Below are positions 18,712 to 28,024 of a stretch of 64,000 nucleotides of DNA, in pieces. A program made the position numbers and the translations under genes. Every line of letters starts with the position of its first letter. Positions within the stretch are counted from its first letter, which is position 1. The notes beneath the pieces were generated by a model. The model had not been told where the DNA came from. It ran no database searches and worked only from the letters and a program-made list of their open reading frames with translations. The stretch is from an uncultured Verrucomicrobiae bacterium (GTDB lineage Bacteria; Verrucomicrobiota; Verrucomicrobiia; Limisphaerales; Palsa-1400): positions 96,001-160,000 of the forward strand of contig CAVXRD010000004.1 in the NCBI GenBank assembly GCA_963764165.1, in the 5' to 3' direction.

Positions 18712-19482
18712 ATGCAGATTTCCTTGCCTGAGCATTACCATGCGCTGCCGCCATTCCGGGAATACTTTCGGAATGGGGTGCCGATTTTGATGTACCACAA
18801 AATTGCCAAGCGCCCCCGGGCAGCGCGGTTGAAGGGCCTTTATGTGACTCCCCGGACTTTCGTGGATCAATTGGCGGAGCTGGCGGAAGAAAAATTTGTC
18901 TCGTGCGGCCCTGGCGAGGCTTGCCAAAACAGCGCGGCCGGCCCCCGCATCGTCATCACCTTCGATGATGGTTTTCGCAATGTTTTTCAAAATGCGATGC
19001 CTGCGCTGAATTCCGGCAAATGGCGCGCCCAGCAATTTCTCGTGGCCAATTGCATTGGCCAGCTCAACCAATGGGATTTGCGCGACGGCGAAATTCCTGA
19101 ACCCTTGATGGACGCGGTGGAAGTTCGCGAATGGATCGCCGCCGGGCACGGCATCGGCTCGCATTCGCTTTCGCACGCGCGGCTGACGCGGCTGACATTG
19201 CGCGATGCGCGCGAGGAGATTCTCGCCAGCAAAAAAAAACTGGAGGATATGTTCGGCCTTCCCATCGAGCATTTCTGCTACCCTTACGGCGATTGGAATG
19301 AATCGGTGCGGGAGTTGGTTTCGGAAGCGGGTTACAAAACGGCCTGCACGACGCAATTTGGAGTCAACACCGAGAAGACGGAACCGCTTAAGTTGAATCG
19401 CATCACGGTCCGACACCCAACCCGCAGCCTAAAGGCGCTGAAAAACAAATTGCTGGGCGAAATCAGCTTGGGGCGTGATTAG
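18712..19482 (+). CDS. Polysaccharide deacetylase (CE4/NodB)
   Basis: PILMYHKI, ITFDDGF, GSHSLSH, FCYPYG. Confidence 0.88.
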   Translation: MQISLPEHYHALPPFREYFRNGVPILMYHKIAKRPRAARLKGLYVTPRTFVDQLAELAEEKFVSCGPGEACQNSAAGPRIVITFDDGFRNVFQNAMPALNSGKWRAQQFLVANCIGQLNQWDLRDGEIPEPLMDAVEVREWIAAGHGIGSHSLSHARLTRLTLRDAREEILASKKKLEDMFGLPIEHFCYPYGDWNESVRELVSEAGYKTACTTQFGVNTEKTEPLKLNRITVRHPTRSLKALKNKLLGEISLGRD

Positions 19483-19528
19483 CCCCTCGCGAGAAGCGTC
19501 GATCAAAACGAGCCGTGTTGCTTGCCCT

Positions 19529-19834
19529 TTACGGCTTGCGAAGCCGAGAGAGCTTTTTCCAGATTGCCCGAGGCTCGCGCCGACTGTCCAAAACAGCCCA
19601 CACCCGGACCGTAGTGCGGATTTGGTCATAATAAATGGCGTAGGGAAACCGCTCGGAGAAAAGACGATGAAAGCCAAACCGTTTGACATGAATTCCCGCG
19701 TAAAGCCGCAAGGATTCAATATCGGAAAACAATGATTCCTGAAAGTATTCGCCAAGTCCCGACTGCTGCCGTTCGTAAAAATCGAAGCCTGCGGCAAGAT
19801 CATCCCGCGCGGAAGGCAGAATGCGGATGGTCAT
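19529..19834 (-). CDS. Type II toxin, RelE/ParE family
   Basis: IRILPSARDDL...FYERQQSGLG...RFPYAIYY...AVLDSRREP. Confidence 0.85.
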   Translation of the reverse strand: MTIRILPSARDDLAAGFDFYERQQSGLGEYFQESLFSDIESLRLYAGIHVKRFGFHRLFSERFPYAIYYDQIRTTVRVWAVLDSRREPRAIWKKLSRLRKP

Positions 19835-20049
19835 TTCACCCGATTGCGAAGTTGTCGCTTCGCCGCTTCCCACTCAATAAAGGTCTCCTCGCCTTTTTTG
19901 ACCCGCTTCACGCGCTCACGAAGGGCTTCCCCATGCCATCCCGGAGATTCAAACTCTTCTTCATCAGACGTCAAATTGCGCCATAGCGTTTCCATCACGC
20001 GAAGTTTCTCGGCGGTGGTCATTTTTTCCAATGGCAACGTCACTTCCAT
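19831..20049 (-). CDS. Addiction-module antitoxin component
   Basis: MTTAEKLRVMETLW...SPGWH...L.ER...FIEWEAAK; ATGA overlap with the toxin gene. Confidence 0.85.
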   Translation of the reverse strand: MEVTLPLEKMTTAEKLRVMETLWRNLTSDEEEFESPGWHGEALRERVKRVKKGEETFIEWEAAKRQLRNRVK

Positions 20050-20110
20050 GGCTGTTTCAATATGCTCTATTTGACCGATTTGCAAGCCACGGTGTTTCCG
20101 TCCCAAAAAA

Positions 20111-20593
20111 TCAGCTCTTTTTTCGCTGCTCGGCGAAGAATTCGCGCAATATCATACGGCATTCCTGCTCACGCACCCCTCGTGTGATTTCGCAGCGGTG
20201 ATTCAGCGTCGGCCATTGCAGCAGATTCATCGCGCCGCCGCCGGCCCCTCCCTTCTCGTCATGGGCACCGTAGACGATGCGCGCGAGGCGGACATGCACC
20301 ATTGCGCCGGCGCACATCGGGCACGGCTCCTTTGTCACGTATAACGTGCAGTCGGTCAAGCGCCAGTCGCCCACCGATTCTTCGGCTTGGGTAATGGCGA
20401 GCATCTCGGCGTGCGCGGTGGCGTCCTTCAAGAGTTCCACTTGATTGAACGCCCGGGCGATGATGCGCCCTTCCCTGACAATGACCGCGCCCACGGGAAC
20501 CTCCTCGGCTTCGCCCGCGCGGACGGCCTGGCGCAAGGCTTCGCCCATGAAGTAATGGTCGCTCTGAAGGTCAATTATAGGTTCGGCATCCAT
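20111..20593 (-). CDS. tadA: tRNA adenosine(34) deaminase
   Basis: EVPVGAVIV, TAHAE, TKEPCPMCAGA. Confidence 0.92.
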   Translation of the reverse strand: MDAEPIIDLQSDHYFMGEALRQAVRAGEAEEVPVGAVIVREGRIIARAFNQVELLKDATAHAEMLAITQAEESVGDWRLTDCTLYVTKEPCPMCAGAMVHVRLARIVYGAHDEKGGAGGGAMNLLQWPTLNHRCEITRGVREQECRMILREFFAEQRKKS

Positions 20594-20676
20594 TGAGTCA
20601 TCTCAACCGCTCTCATTACACCCAATTTTGTTTACATTCCAATATTCTCTTTGCTTCCCACGGAATTGCGGTATAA

Positions 20677-22866
20677 ATGCCCGCGGTTACGCAACCTATG
20701 CCAATAAAGAAGGTCATTCGTCAGGCCGCTTTCTTTGCCGGTCTCCGGGCTTTGTCTCTTTGTCTCCTTTTCCTGTTTGCCGCCGCGCTGCCGCTTCGCG
20801 CTGATCTTCGTTTCGATCCGTTCCTCGGTTACGACGGCATTTTGCCGGAAAACAGCTGGTTCCCGATCACCTGCGAAATTTACAACGACGAACCGGCCTT
20901 CACCGGGACGATTGAAATTTCCGGGCAGGATTTCGGCGGCGGCCAGGTGCGCCGCATGGTGGTGGACTTGCCAACGGGCACGCGCAAGCGGGTGACAATC
21001 CCGGCTTTCGGCGTGGCGCGCAATTGGCCAGTGCGCCTGTTCGATGAGCGGGGAAAATTGCGCAGCGAACAGGTTCTGCAGCCGACCCACGTGATGAAAC
21101 CCAAGACGCCGTTGATCGCGGCGCTCACGCGGACGGTCAACGGGCTTCCAACGATGCCGGAATCGGAGACATTTATCACCGATAGCTCCAAATATCCCGT
21201 CGCCCGCCTTCAGGCCAATCTCTTCCCGGATAATCCGCTCGTGCTTGAAGGCATCGATGTCATGTTTCTTAGCTCCGAAAAGGCTATCGAGCTCGGCGTC
21301 GGCCAGGTCAACGCGCTGGTGGCTTGGATGCAGCGCGGGGGCCATTTGATCATTGGCGTTGAGCAGTTGACCGACATCAACGGCACTCCCTGGCTGCGCG
21401 ATTTGCTGCCAGCCACGCTGACAACCGTGGTGAATCTGAGCACGCACGAGGCTTTGCAGCAATTCGCCCGCGATGCCGTGCCCGGAAATTATCGCGGCAC
21501 TTTGTCTCCTGCCGGAACGGCTGATGTCACCGCCACTTCGGATGTGCAATTTGATGCGGCTCCCATTGCGGTGGCGAAGGGAACAATTCGCGACGGCACG
21601 GTCATGATTGGCGATGCCGCGAACCCGCTGGCCATCGACGCGCCGCGCGGGCGCGGGAGAATTACGCTGCTGACGTTCAGTCCCGAGCGCGAGCCATTCA
21701 TTTCGTGGAAGAACAAGGCCTGGTTTTGGAAAGGCATCGCTGATGTTCCGGCTAACGTTTTTCTGCGCGGGGCCGGTGGAGCCCCCGTCGAAAATCATTT
21801 GAGCAGCGACGGCATTTTCAGCGCGATGATTCAAACCACGCAGGTTCGCAAACTGCCGCTGGGTTGGCTGCTGGCGCTGCTGGTGGCTTACTTGGTCGTC
21901 ATTGGTCCACTGGACCAATGCTGGTTGAAGAAAATCAACCGCCAGATGCTGACGTGGATCACGTTTCCCTGCTACGTCGTGTTTTTCTCGGCGCTGATTT
22001 ACTTCATTGGATTCCACCTCCGCGCCGGTGAATTGGAATGGAACGAAATGGATATTGTTGACATTCTCCCCGACAGCTCCGACGACGATGCTGTTTTTCG
22101 CGGGCAGACTTATGTCTCCATTTATTCGCCGAACAACGCCGATTACGACATCGCGGGCAATTTGAAATTCACCGCCCTGCGCGGCCAAAGCGCAGGCAAC
22201 TTTGGGGGCAAACCCGACAACAGCCACGCGAACATTGAGCAGGTTGGCAATAATTTCAAAGCGCAGGCGCATGTGGCGGTTTGGACCAGCGAACTGTTTG
22301 TCACCGATTGGTTCCAGAAATCCACCACTCCGGCCACGATGACGATCAACCAGTCCGCCACTGGCTGGAACGTGACGATCACGAATGATTTCGGCCGGGT
22401 TTTGTCGGATGCGCGCGCGGTGGTGAACGGACGCATCTACACGCTGGGCGAACTCGCCGTGGGGCAATCGAAAACCTTCCATCTGAATGAAGGCGAAGGC
22501 ACGTCCTTGGCGAATTTTGCGCAGGGTTACAGCCAAGGCTTCCACCAAGCCGTCCAAAGCCTGAATTCGAGCTTCGGAAATAACGTGAATCCGATTCCGA
22601 ATGCCCACGAGGCCGCCGTTGCGGCCTCTTTTATCACCTACGTCAACAATGCAAATGCCCAGGACTCGTGGAATACGTTTGGCTGCCCGGCGGGTCTTGA
22701 TATGAGCCGTTATGCCGGCGAACGCCACGTTCTTGACAGGGCCAGCCACTACGCCATTCTGCTGGCGTGGGACAAGGACCATTCGCCGACGGCGTTGAAC
22801 CAGTTTAATCCGAAGCGTCTTCACCGCGACACGCTCTACCGGTTGGTAGTGCCTTTGAAAATGTGA
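20677..22866 (+). CDS. Large membrane-anchored protein, ABC-system accessory with GATase1-like segment
   Basis: Signal peptide, ALVAWMQRGGHLII, GRGRIT, central TM pair (YLVVIGP...TWITFP); upstream of ABC genes. Confidence 0.65.
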   Translation: MPAVTQPMPIKKVIRQAAFFAGLRALSLCLLFLFAAALPLRADLRFDPFLGYDGILPENSWFPITCEIYNDEPAFTGTIEISGQDFGGGQVRRMVVDLPTGTRKRVTIPAFGVARNWPVRLFDERGKLRSEQVLQPTHVMKPKTPLIAALTRTVNGLPTMPESETFITDSSKYPVARLQANLFPDNPLVLEGIDVMFLSSEKAIELGVGQVNALVAWMQRGGHLIIGVEQLTDINGTPWLRDLLPATLTTVVNLSTHEALQQFARDAVPGNYRGTLSPAGTADVTATSDVQFDAAPIAVAKGTIRDGTVMIGDAANPLAIDAPRGRGRITLLTFSPEREPFISWKNKAWFWKGIADVPANVFLRGAGGAPVENHLSSDGIFSAMIQTTQVRKLPLGWLLALLVAYLVVIGPLDQCWLKKINRQMLTWITFPCYVVFFSALIYFIGFHLRAGELEWNEMDIVDILPDSSDDDAVFRGQTYVSIYSPNNADYDIAGNLKFTALRGQSAGNFGGKPDNSHANIEQVGNNFKAQAHVAVWTSELFVTDWFQKSTTPATMTINQSATGWNVTITNDFGRVLSDARAVVNGRIYTLGELAVGQSKTFHLNEGEGTSLANFAQGYSQGFHQAVQSLNSSFGNNVNPIPNAHEAAVAASFITYVNNANAQDSWNTFGCPAGLDMSRYAGERHVLDRASHYAILLAWDKDHSPTALNQFNPKRLHRDTLYRLVVPLKM

Positions 22867-22901
22867 TGAACGCTTTCAATTCCAAAATGTCGTAATCCTC
22901 T

Positions 22902-23849
22902 ATGGACGCACCGCCCATCCCTGCCGTTGAAACAATCAACTTGACGCGCGCTTACGGCACGATGACCGCGCTCAACAGCCTCAACCTGACCATCAATCGC
23001 GGCGACCTGTTCGGCTTCATCGGCTCCAACGGCGCGGGCAAGACCACAACGCTTCGAATCCTCGCCACCTTTCTTGCACCGAGCGCCGGAACCGCCAAGG
23101 TGCTCGGGCACGATGTCGTCCGCGAGGCGGATGCGGTGCGGCACGTAATCGGTTACATGCCGGACTTCTTCGGCGTCTACAAGGACATGGAGGTTACCGA
23201 GTATCTGGATTTCTTCGGCGCGTGTTACAAGATTCCCACCGCCCAGCGCGAAAAAACCGTAAACGACGTACTGGAATTGGTCGGGCTTTCCGAGAAGCGT
23301 GGTGCGATCATTGGCGCTTTGAGCCGCGGCATGCAGCAGCGCCTTGGCCTGGCCCGCGTGCTGATTCACGACCCCGCCGTTCTTTTGCTTGACGAACCCG
23401 CCAGCGGATTGGATCCGCGCGCGCGCATCGAAATGATGGCGATTTTGCAGGAACTCCAGCGCATGGGCAAAACGATCATCATCTCCTCCCACATTTTGAG
23501 CGAGTTGCAAACGCTGTGCAACCGCGTCGCCATCATCGAGCGCGGCAAATTGATTTACAGCGGGCCGGTGCAGGGAGTTCGCGACCAGATGTCCACCGGC
23601 TTGATTTATTGGGTGGTGGTGAAAGGCGAATCCCACCGGGCCATTGATCTGCTGAAAGCGCGCCCGGAAGTATCCGAGGTGATCGCAGTCGATGGCCAGG
23701 TGAAAGTGACCTTCGTCAATCACGACGTGGATCCGACATTCCTGCCGCAAGCTCTCGTGCAAGGCGGCGTTCCGTTCACCGGCCTGTGGGAGGATGAACT
23801 GGGGCTGGAAGAAGTTTTCCTCCGCGTCACGCGTGGAGAGACGCAATAG
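22902..23849 (+). CDS. ABC-2 type transporter ATP-binding protein
   Basis: GSNGAGKTT, LSRGMQQR, LLDEP, SSH. Confidence 0.92.
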   Translation: MDAPPIPAVETINLTRAYGTMTALNSLNLTINRGDLFGFIGSNGAGKTTTLRILATFLAPSAGTAKVLGHDVVREADAVRHVIGYMPDFFGVYKDMEVTEYLDFFGACYKIPTAQREKTVNDVLELVGLSEKRGAIIGALSRGMQQRLGLARVLIHDPAVLLLDEPASGLDPRARIEMMAILQELQRMGKTIIISSHILSELQTLCNRVAIIERGKLIYSGPVQGVRDQMSTGLIYWVVVKGESHRAIDLLKARPEVSEVIAVDGQVKVTFVNHDVDPTFLPQALVQGGVPFTGLWEDELGLEEVFLRVTRGETQ

Positions 23850-23870
23850 CCGAGGACTTCGAAGGAAGCC

Positions 23871-25601
23871 ATGGTTATTGGTGGCTTGTGGCCGGTAGTC
23901 CAGCGCGAGTTGTGCGAGTCCGCCCGGCTGCCCCTCACGCATTGGCTCCGCGTGAGCGGCGCGCTCTTTGGAACGCTGGCCATCTGGAATATCAGCCGCG
24001 ATGCGCCAATATCCGCCATCGGCGTCGAGATTTTCACCAAGCTGGATGTCCTGCTGACGTGCCTGATTCTATTTCTGCTTCCGGCGCTTACGGCGGATAG
24101 CATCGCACGCGAACGAAGAGAAGGCACGCTGGGGCTGCTCTTGCTGACGCCGTTGACCCCGTCGCAGATTGTCATTGGCAAGGTGGTGTCGCGGGTTTTG
24201 CGGGTTTTTGTCATTTGGCTGGGCGTCGTTCCGATTCTGGCGGTTTGTTTTATTTGCGGCGGCGTCGAGCCCGGCGACCTTTCCAGGCTTATCCTGATTC
24301 ATGTTGTGTGCGGCATGATTGCGCTCTCTGCCGGGCTCCTCGCATCTTCATTTGCCAAGAGCCGAATGCCCGCATTTGTCCTCGCCTTCGTTTTGCTGGG
24401 AATCTTTATCCAGCCATTTAAGCCGATGCTGAGTTCGTTCACGCATATGGGTTCCGCTTCTAATGGTTTGAGCGGGCCGCAACTTCAGCTTCTTCTCAGC
24501 AGTTCTGGTCCGGCTGGGATGCAATTTCGAATCAACAACATTATGCAGCGAGCGGGATTCCTTGCTCCCGCTCCAACCGCGGTTGGTTATTCGTCCTTTC
24601 ATCCTGGAATCGACGCCTTGCTGTTCATGAACTTTCTGGCCGCCCTGTTGCTTTGGGTCTCGATTCGGTTTGCGGGGCAGCGCGTTAAAAGCCACGGGAA
24701 GGAGGTGCCTCCGACCAAACGCCAGCAAGAAATGGCAAAGCGCTACTGCACTCCGCTGCTCGCAGGCTCCTTTCGCCGGAAAATGCGGCGGACCCTGGAG
24801 TCCAATCCCATTTCGTGGCTGCAGCAGTATTCCTGGAAAGCGGGCGCCAGCAAATGGGGCCTCTGTTTGCTGTTTGCTTGCGTCGCGACGTTCGCCATCG
24901 GTGAACGCGATCTGAGTGAATACACCCCCTCCATGTTCGTGTGCCTGCTGCTGCTGATTGGAGCTTACACGTTCGCGGGCGTCAACGGCTTTCACTATGA
25001 CAAAAGCAGCGGCGCGCTGGAATTGATCCTGGTGACGCCACTCTCGATCGGCCAAATCATTTTCGGGCGCGCGCGCGGCCTGTGGAAACAATTCCTCCCT
25101 TCGCTTGTCATATTGCTCGGCTTCAATTTCCTGATTCGCTGGACAGTGACGAGCGGGGACATATTTGAGGTTTACCGGTCCTGGTACTATAGCCGCAGTG
25201 GAATTTACGGCGGCAGTGGCCGTTGGGGGCTGGAGGTGGTCGATCTTGCCACTTTCGCGTCCAACAACTTTCTTTTTATCAACCTTGAGATAATTGCCAT
25301 TTATGTGACGCTTCCGATTATTGCGACGTGCTTTGCCCTCAGCGCTCGAAAAATTTTCTGGGCGGCCGCTCTTACGGCTGCTTTGGCCTTTGCCCCGCTT
25401 CTAATCATGTACGCAAACGAATCCATGGACGGATGGCGTCATGAATATCACGGTTATCGTTCACTGGAGACCGAGGCGCTGCTGGGGGCCTTGTACCTCG
25501 TTACCTCGCCCTTGGTCATCGTGGTGGCTCAAATTGTCGCAACGCTGAAAATTTACAATCGCCTCGCCGAAACGCTTGCCGCACGACGATATGCATTTTA
25601 A
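23871..25601 (+). CDS. ABC-2 type permease with internal duplication
   Basis: SIARERREGTLGLLLLTPL and a second copy DKSSGALELILVTPL; many TMs. Confidence 0.8.
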   Translation: MVIGGLWPVVQRELCESARLPLTHWLRVSGALFGTLAIWNISRDAPISAIGVEIFTKLDVLLTCLILFLLPALTADSIARERREGTLGLLLLTPLTPSQIVIGKVVSRVLRVFVIWLGVVPILAVCFICGGVEPGDLSRLILIHVVCGMIALSAGLLASSFAKSRMPAFVLAFVLLGIFIQPFKPMLSSFTHMGSASNGLSGPQLQLLLSSSGPAGMQFRINNIMQRAGFLAPAPTAVGYSSFHPGIDALLFMNFLAALLLWVSIRFAGQRVKSHGKEVPPTKRQQEMAKRYCTPLLAGSFRRKMRRTLESNPISWLQQYSWKAGASKWGLCLLFACVATFAIGERDLSEYTPSMFVCLLLLIGAYTFAGVNGFHYDKSSGALELILVTPLSIGQIIFGRARGLWKQFLPSLVILLGFNFLIRWTVTSGDIFEVYRSWYYSRSGIYGGSGRWGLEVVDLATFASNNFLFINLEIIAIYVTLPIIATCFALSARKIFWAAALTAALAFAPLLIMYANESMDGWRHEYHGYRSLETEALLGALYLVTSPLVIVVAQIVATLKIYNRLAETLAARRYAF

Positions 25602-25717
25602 TATCCCGCCTGGCTTCCGCGCTGAAGACGATCAGAAAGGACCGTTCGAAAAGTTATGATGAGAGGATTGCATAGTTTTTTTTAGACACGCTGTTCGGTT
25701 CCGATCGATTCGCGATA

Positions 25718-26547
25718 TTACAATTTCCCCAAAATTGATTTCATCCGCTCCCAACTATCATCCCGCGCTTTCTTGTTGGCGTCGTACTTCAGTTTGTCGC
25801 CTTCCGCTGGCGGCGTCGGATCTTCCCCGGCGCGCATGAAGCCGTGGCCGGCTCCGTTGTAGATCACCGGTTCGTAGGTTTTTCCGGCGGACTTCATGGA
25901 TTCTTTTGTCGCGGGGATTGTGGAGGAGATTCGGTTGTCGTTCTCGGCGTAAAATCCGAAGACGGGGCAGCTAATTTTCGCGAGGAGTGATTTGTCCTTG
26001 GGCGGTGGTCCGTAGAAAACCAATGCGGCTTTCAAGTCAGGTCGGTTGCAGGCGAAGTTGAATGATTGTCCCCCGCCCCAGCAAAAACCCGCCACCGCCA
26101 TTCTTCCGTTTGCCGAGGGCAGCGTCTTTGCGTAGTCCGCCACCGCGTTCAAATCTCCGGTGACTTGATCCGCCGGGAGACCGCTCACCGCGCGCGTCAC
26201 TTCGCCTGCCGGAAGCTCGCTGGTGCCGCCGCCGTTCGCGCCTTTGCCGGAAAGCAGATCCGGTGCAATCGCAATATATCCCGCCGCCGCCAGTTCATCC
26301 GTCAATTCCTTGGCCCAATCCGACAGGCCGAAATTTCGTGAATGACAATCACGACGGGTGCGGGATTTTTCACTTCCGGGTAGACAACGAAGCAATGCAC
26401 CGTGCGCGTGCCATTCTTGACGTCCACCCACTCGCCGTGGCGCGGGGACTTTTCCAGTTTGGCCTTGGCCCATTCCTGGGCGGACACCGGCGCAGCCACG
26501 AAAACCGCCGAAAGCAAGGCAGCCAGCATAAGAGAGTATAGCTTCAT
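25718..26547 (-). pseudogene. Dienelactone hydrolase family protein split by a 1-nt deletion (possible sequencing error)
   Basis: Frame 1 gives signal peptide...VIVIHEI; frame 2 continues FGLSDW...GFCWGG...GAGHGF. One T is missing at about 26331-26333. Confidence 0.85.
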
Positions 26548-26603
26548 AATGTTTTTCGTAATGACAAACATTAGCGCGTCGCCGGAAAAAAGCGACTGTT
26601 AAA

Positions 26604-26764
26604 GGTAGCAACGCCTCGCCGAGGCGTCCGAGGCCGTAGCACATCTCTAACGTCTCTTTCTTCTCGGGGTCCGCGCGAATAGTCTTTTGGTCTGTGCCGT
26701 TCTCTGCGCGAATTCATACGCCCACAAACCGCCACATCCCCGGACGCCTCGGCGAGGCGCTACC
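26604..26764. repeat. Degenerate REPIN (same REP family as 18542)
   Basis: GGTAGCAACGCCTCGCCGAGGCGTCC at 26604 and inverted copy at 26742-26764. Confidence 0.8.
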
Positions 26765-26823
26765 ATGGGAAACAAAATCCCATCTGGCAAATGGCGTGAT
26801 TCCCGGTAAACTACGCCGAAGGC

Positions 26824-27069
26824 ATGAAACCCAAATCAATTCGCCTGTTTGTAAAACCGTGGTGCGGCTGGTGCGATCAGGCCGCCGATTGGCTGGACGA
26901 GCGCGGCATCAAATACGAGACTCTCGACGTGACGGCAGATGGCGCCGCCATGAAGGAAATGCGCGCCCTTTCCGGCCAGACGCTCGCCCCGACCATTGAT
27001 GTCGATGGCGAGATTTTGGCTGACTTCGACACCCGCCAACTGGCAGAATTCTGGAAGAAATTTGAATGA
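26824..27069 (+). CDS. Glutaredoxin-like protein
   Basis: KPWCGWC, SGQTLAPTI. Confidence 0.88.
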   Translation: MKPKSIRLFVKPWCGWCDQAADWLDERGIKYETLDVTADGAAMKEMRALSGQTLAPTIDVDGEILADFDTRQLAEFWKKFE

Positions 27070-27995
27070 ATAGCGACTCTGCTTCAATTCCTGCCGCAAC
27101 GGCCGAACCTCCCGGCGCGACCCGCCGCCGCCTGCCCGAATGGCTGCGCCTGCAACTTCCCACGACGGCGGGATTTGGCCGCACGCGCGCCCTGCTGGAC
27201 GAATTGAAACTCCACACCGTTTGCGAAAGCGCCAAGTGCCCGAACCATTGGGAATGCTGGAGCAAAGGAACCGCGACGTTCATGATCGCCGGGGACCGCT
27301 GCACCCGAGCCTGCGGATTTTGCGCGGTATCGACGGCCAAGCCGCTGGCGTTGGAAGCCGACGAACCCGCCCGCGTCGCAGAAGCAACGCGCCGGATGCG
27401 CCTCAAGCACATCGTCATCACGGCCGTGGCGCGTGACGACCTCGCCGATGGCGGCGCGGAACATTTCCGCCAGACCATCGAAAACGTCCGCAGCTTAAAT
27501 CCGGGAATCGTTATCGAAGTGCTCGTGCCGGATTTTCTGGATAAGGACGATTCCATCGAAACCGTGCTTTCGGCCAATCCAAATATCTACAATCACAATT
27601 TGGAAACCGTTCGACGCTTGACCCCGTCCGTCCGCCATCGCGCGACGTATGATCGTTCGCTCAGCGTGCTGGCCAAAGTGAAGAATCGCCGCGGCGATTC
27701 GATTCACACGAAGTCCGGCCTCATGCTCGGCCTTGGCGAGACAGAAAGCGAACTGCTTGTGGCCATGGAAGATTTGCGCCGCGCCAAGTGCGATATTCTG
27801 ACTCTCGGCCAATACTTGCAGCCGACCCGCCAGCATTTACCGGTCGTTGAATTCATTCATCCCGATGTTTTCGCGCGTCACAAAAAAGCGGCGGAAGCGA
27901 TGGGCTTCGTCCATGTGGCCAGCGGCCCGATGGTGCGCAGCTCCTACCACGCGGATGAATTTTCCGCCACCACCGAGCCCGCGACGGCCTCGTAA
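27066..27995 (+). CDS. lipA: Lipoyl synthase
   Basis: CESAKCPNHWEC, CTRACGFC, RSSYHA. Confidence 0.95.
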   Translation: MNSDSASIPAATAEPPGATRRRLPEWLRLQLPTTAGFGRTRALLDELKLHTVCESAKCPNHWECWSKGTATFMIAGDRCTRACGFCAVSTAKPLALEADEPARVAEATRRMRLKHIVITAVARDDLADGGAEHFRQTIENVRSLNPGIVIEVLVPDFLDKDDSIETVLSANPNIYNHNLETVRRLTPSVRHRATYDRSLSVLAKVKNRRGDSIHTKSGLMLGLGETESELLVAMEDLRRAKCDILTLGQYLQPTRQHLPVVEFIHPDVFARHKKAAEAMGFVHVASGPMVRSSYHADEFSATTEPATAS

Positions 27996-28024
27996 ATCCG
28001 GGCAAACAATGTGAATTTCGCCCC

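Noticed and set aside
20632..22824. 730-aa antisense ORF
   Set aside because: It mirrors the plus-strand gene almost end to end and has no recognisable motif; a typical high-GC shadow ORF.
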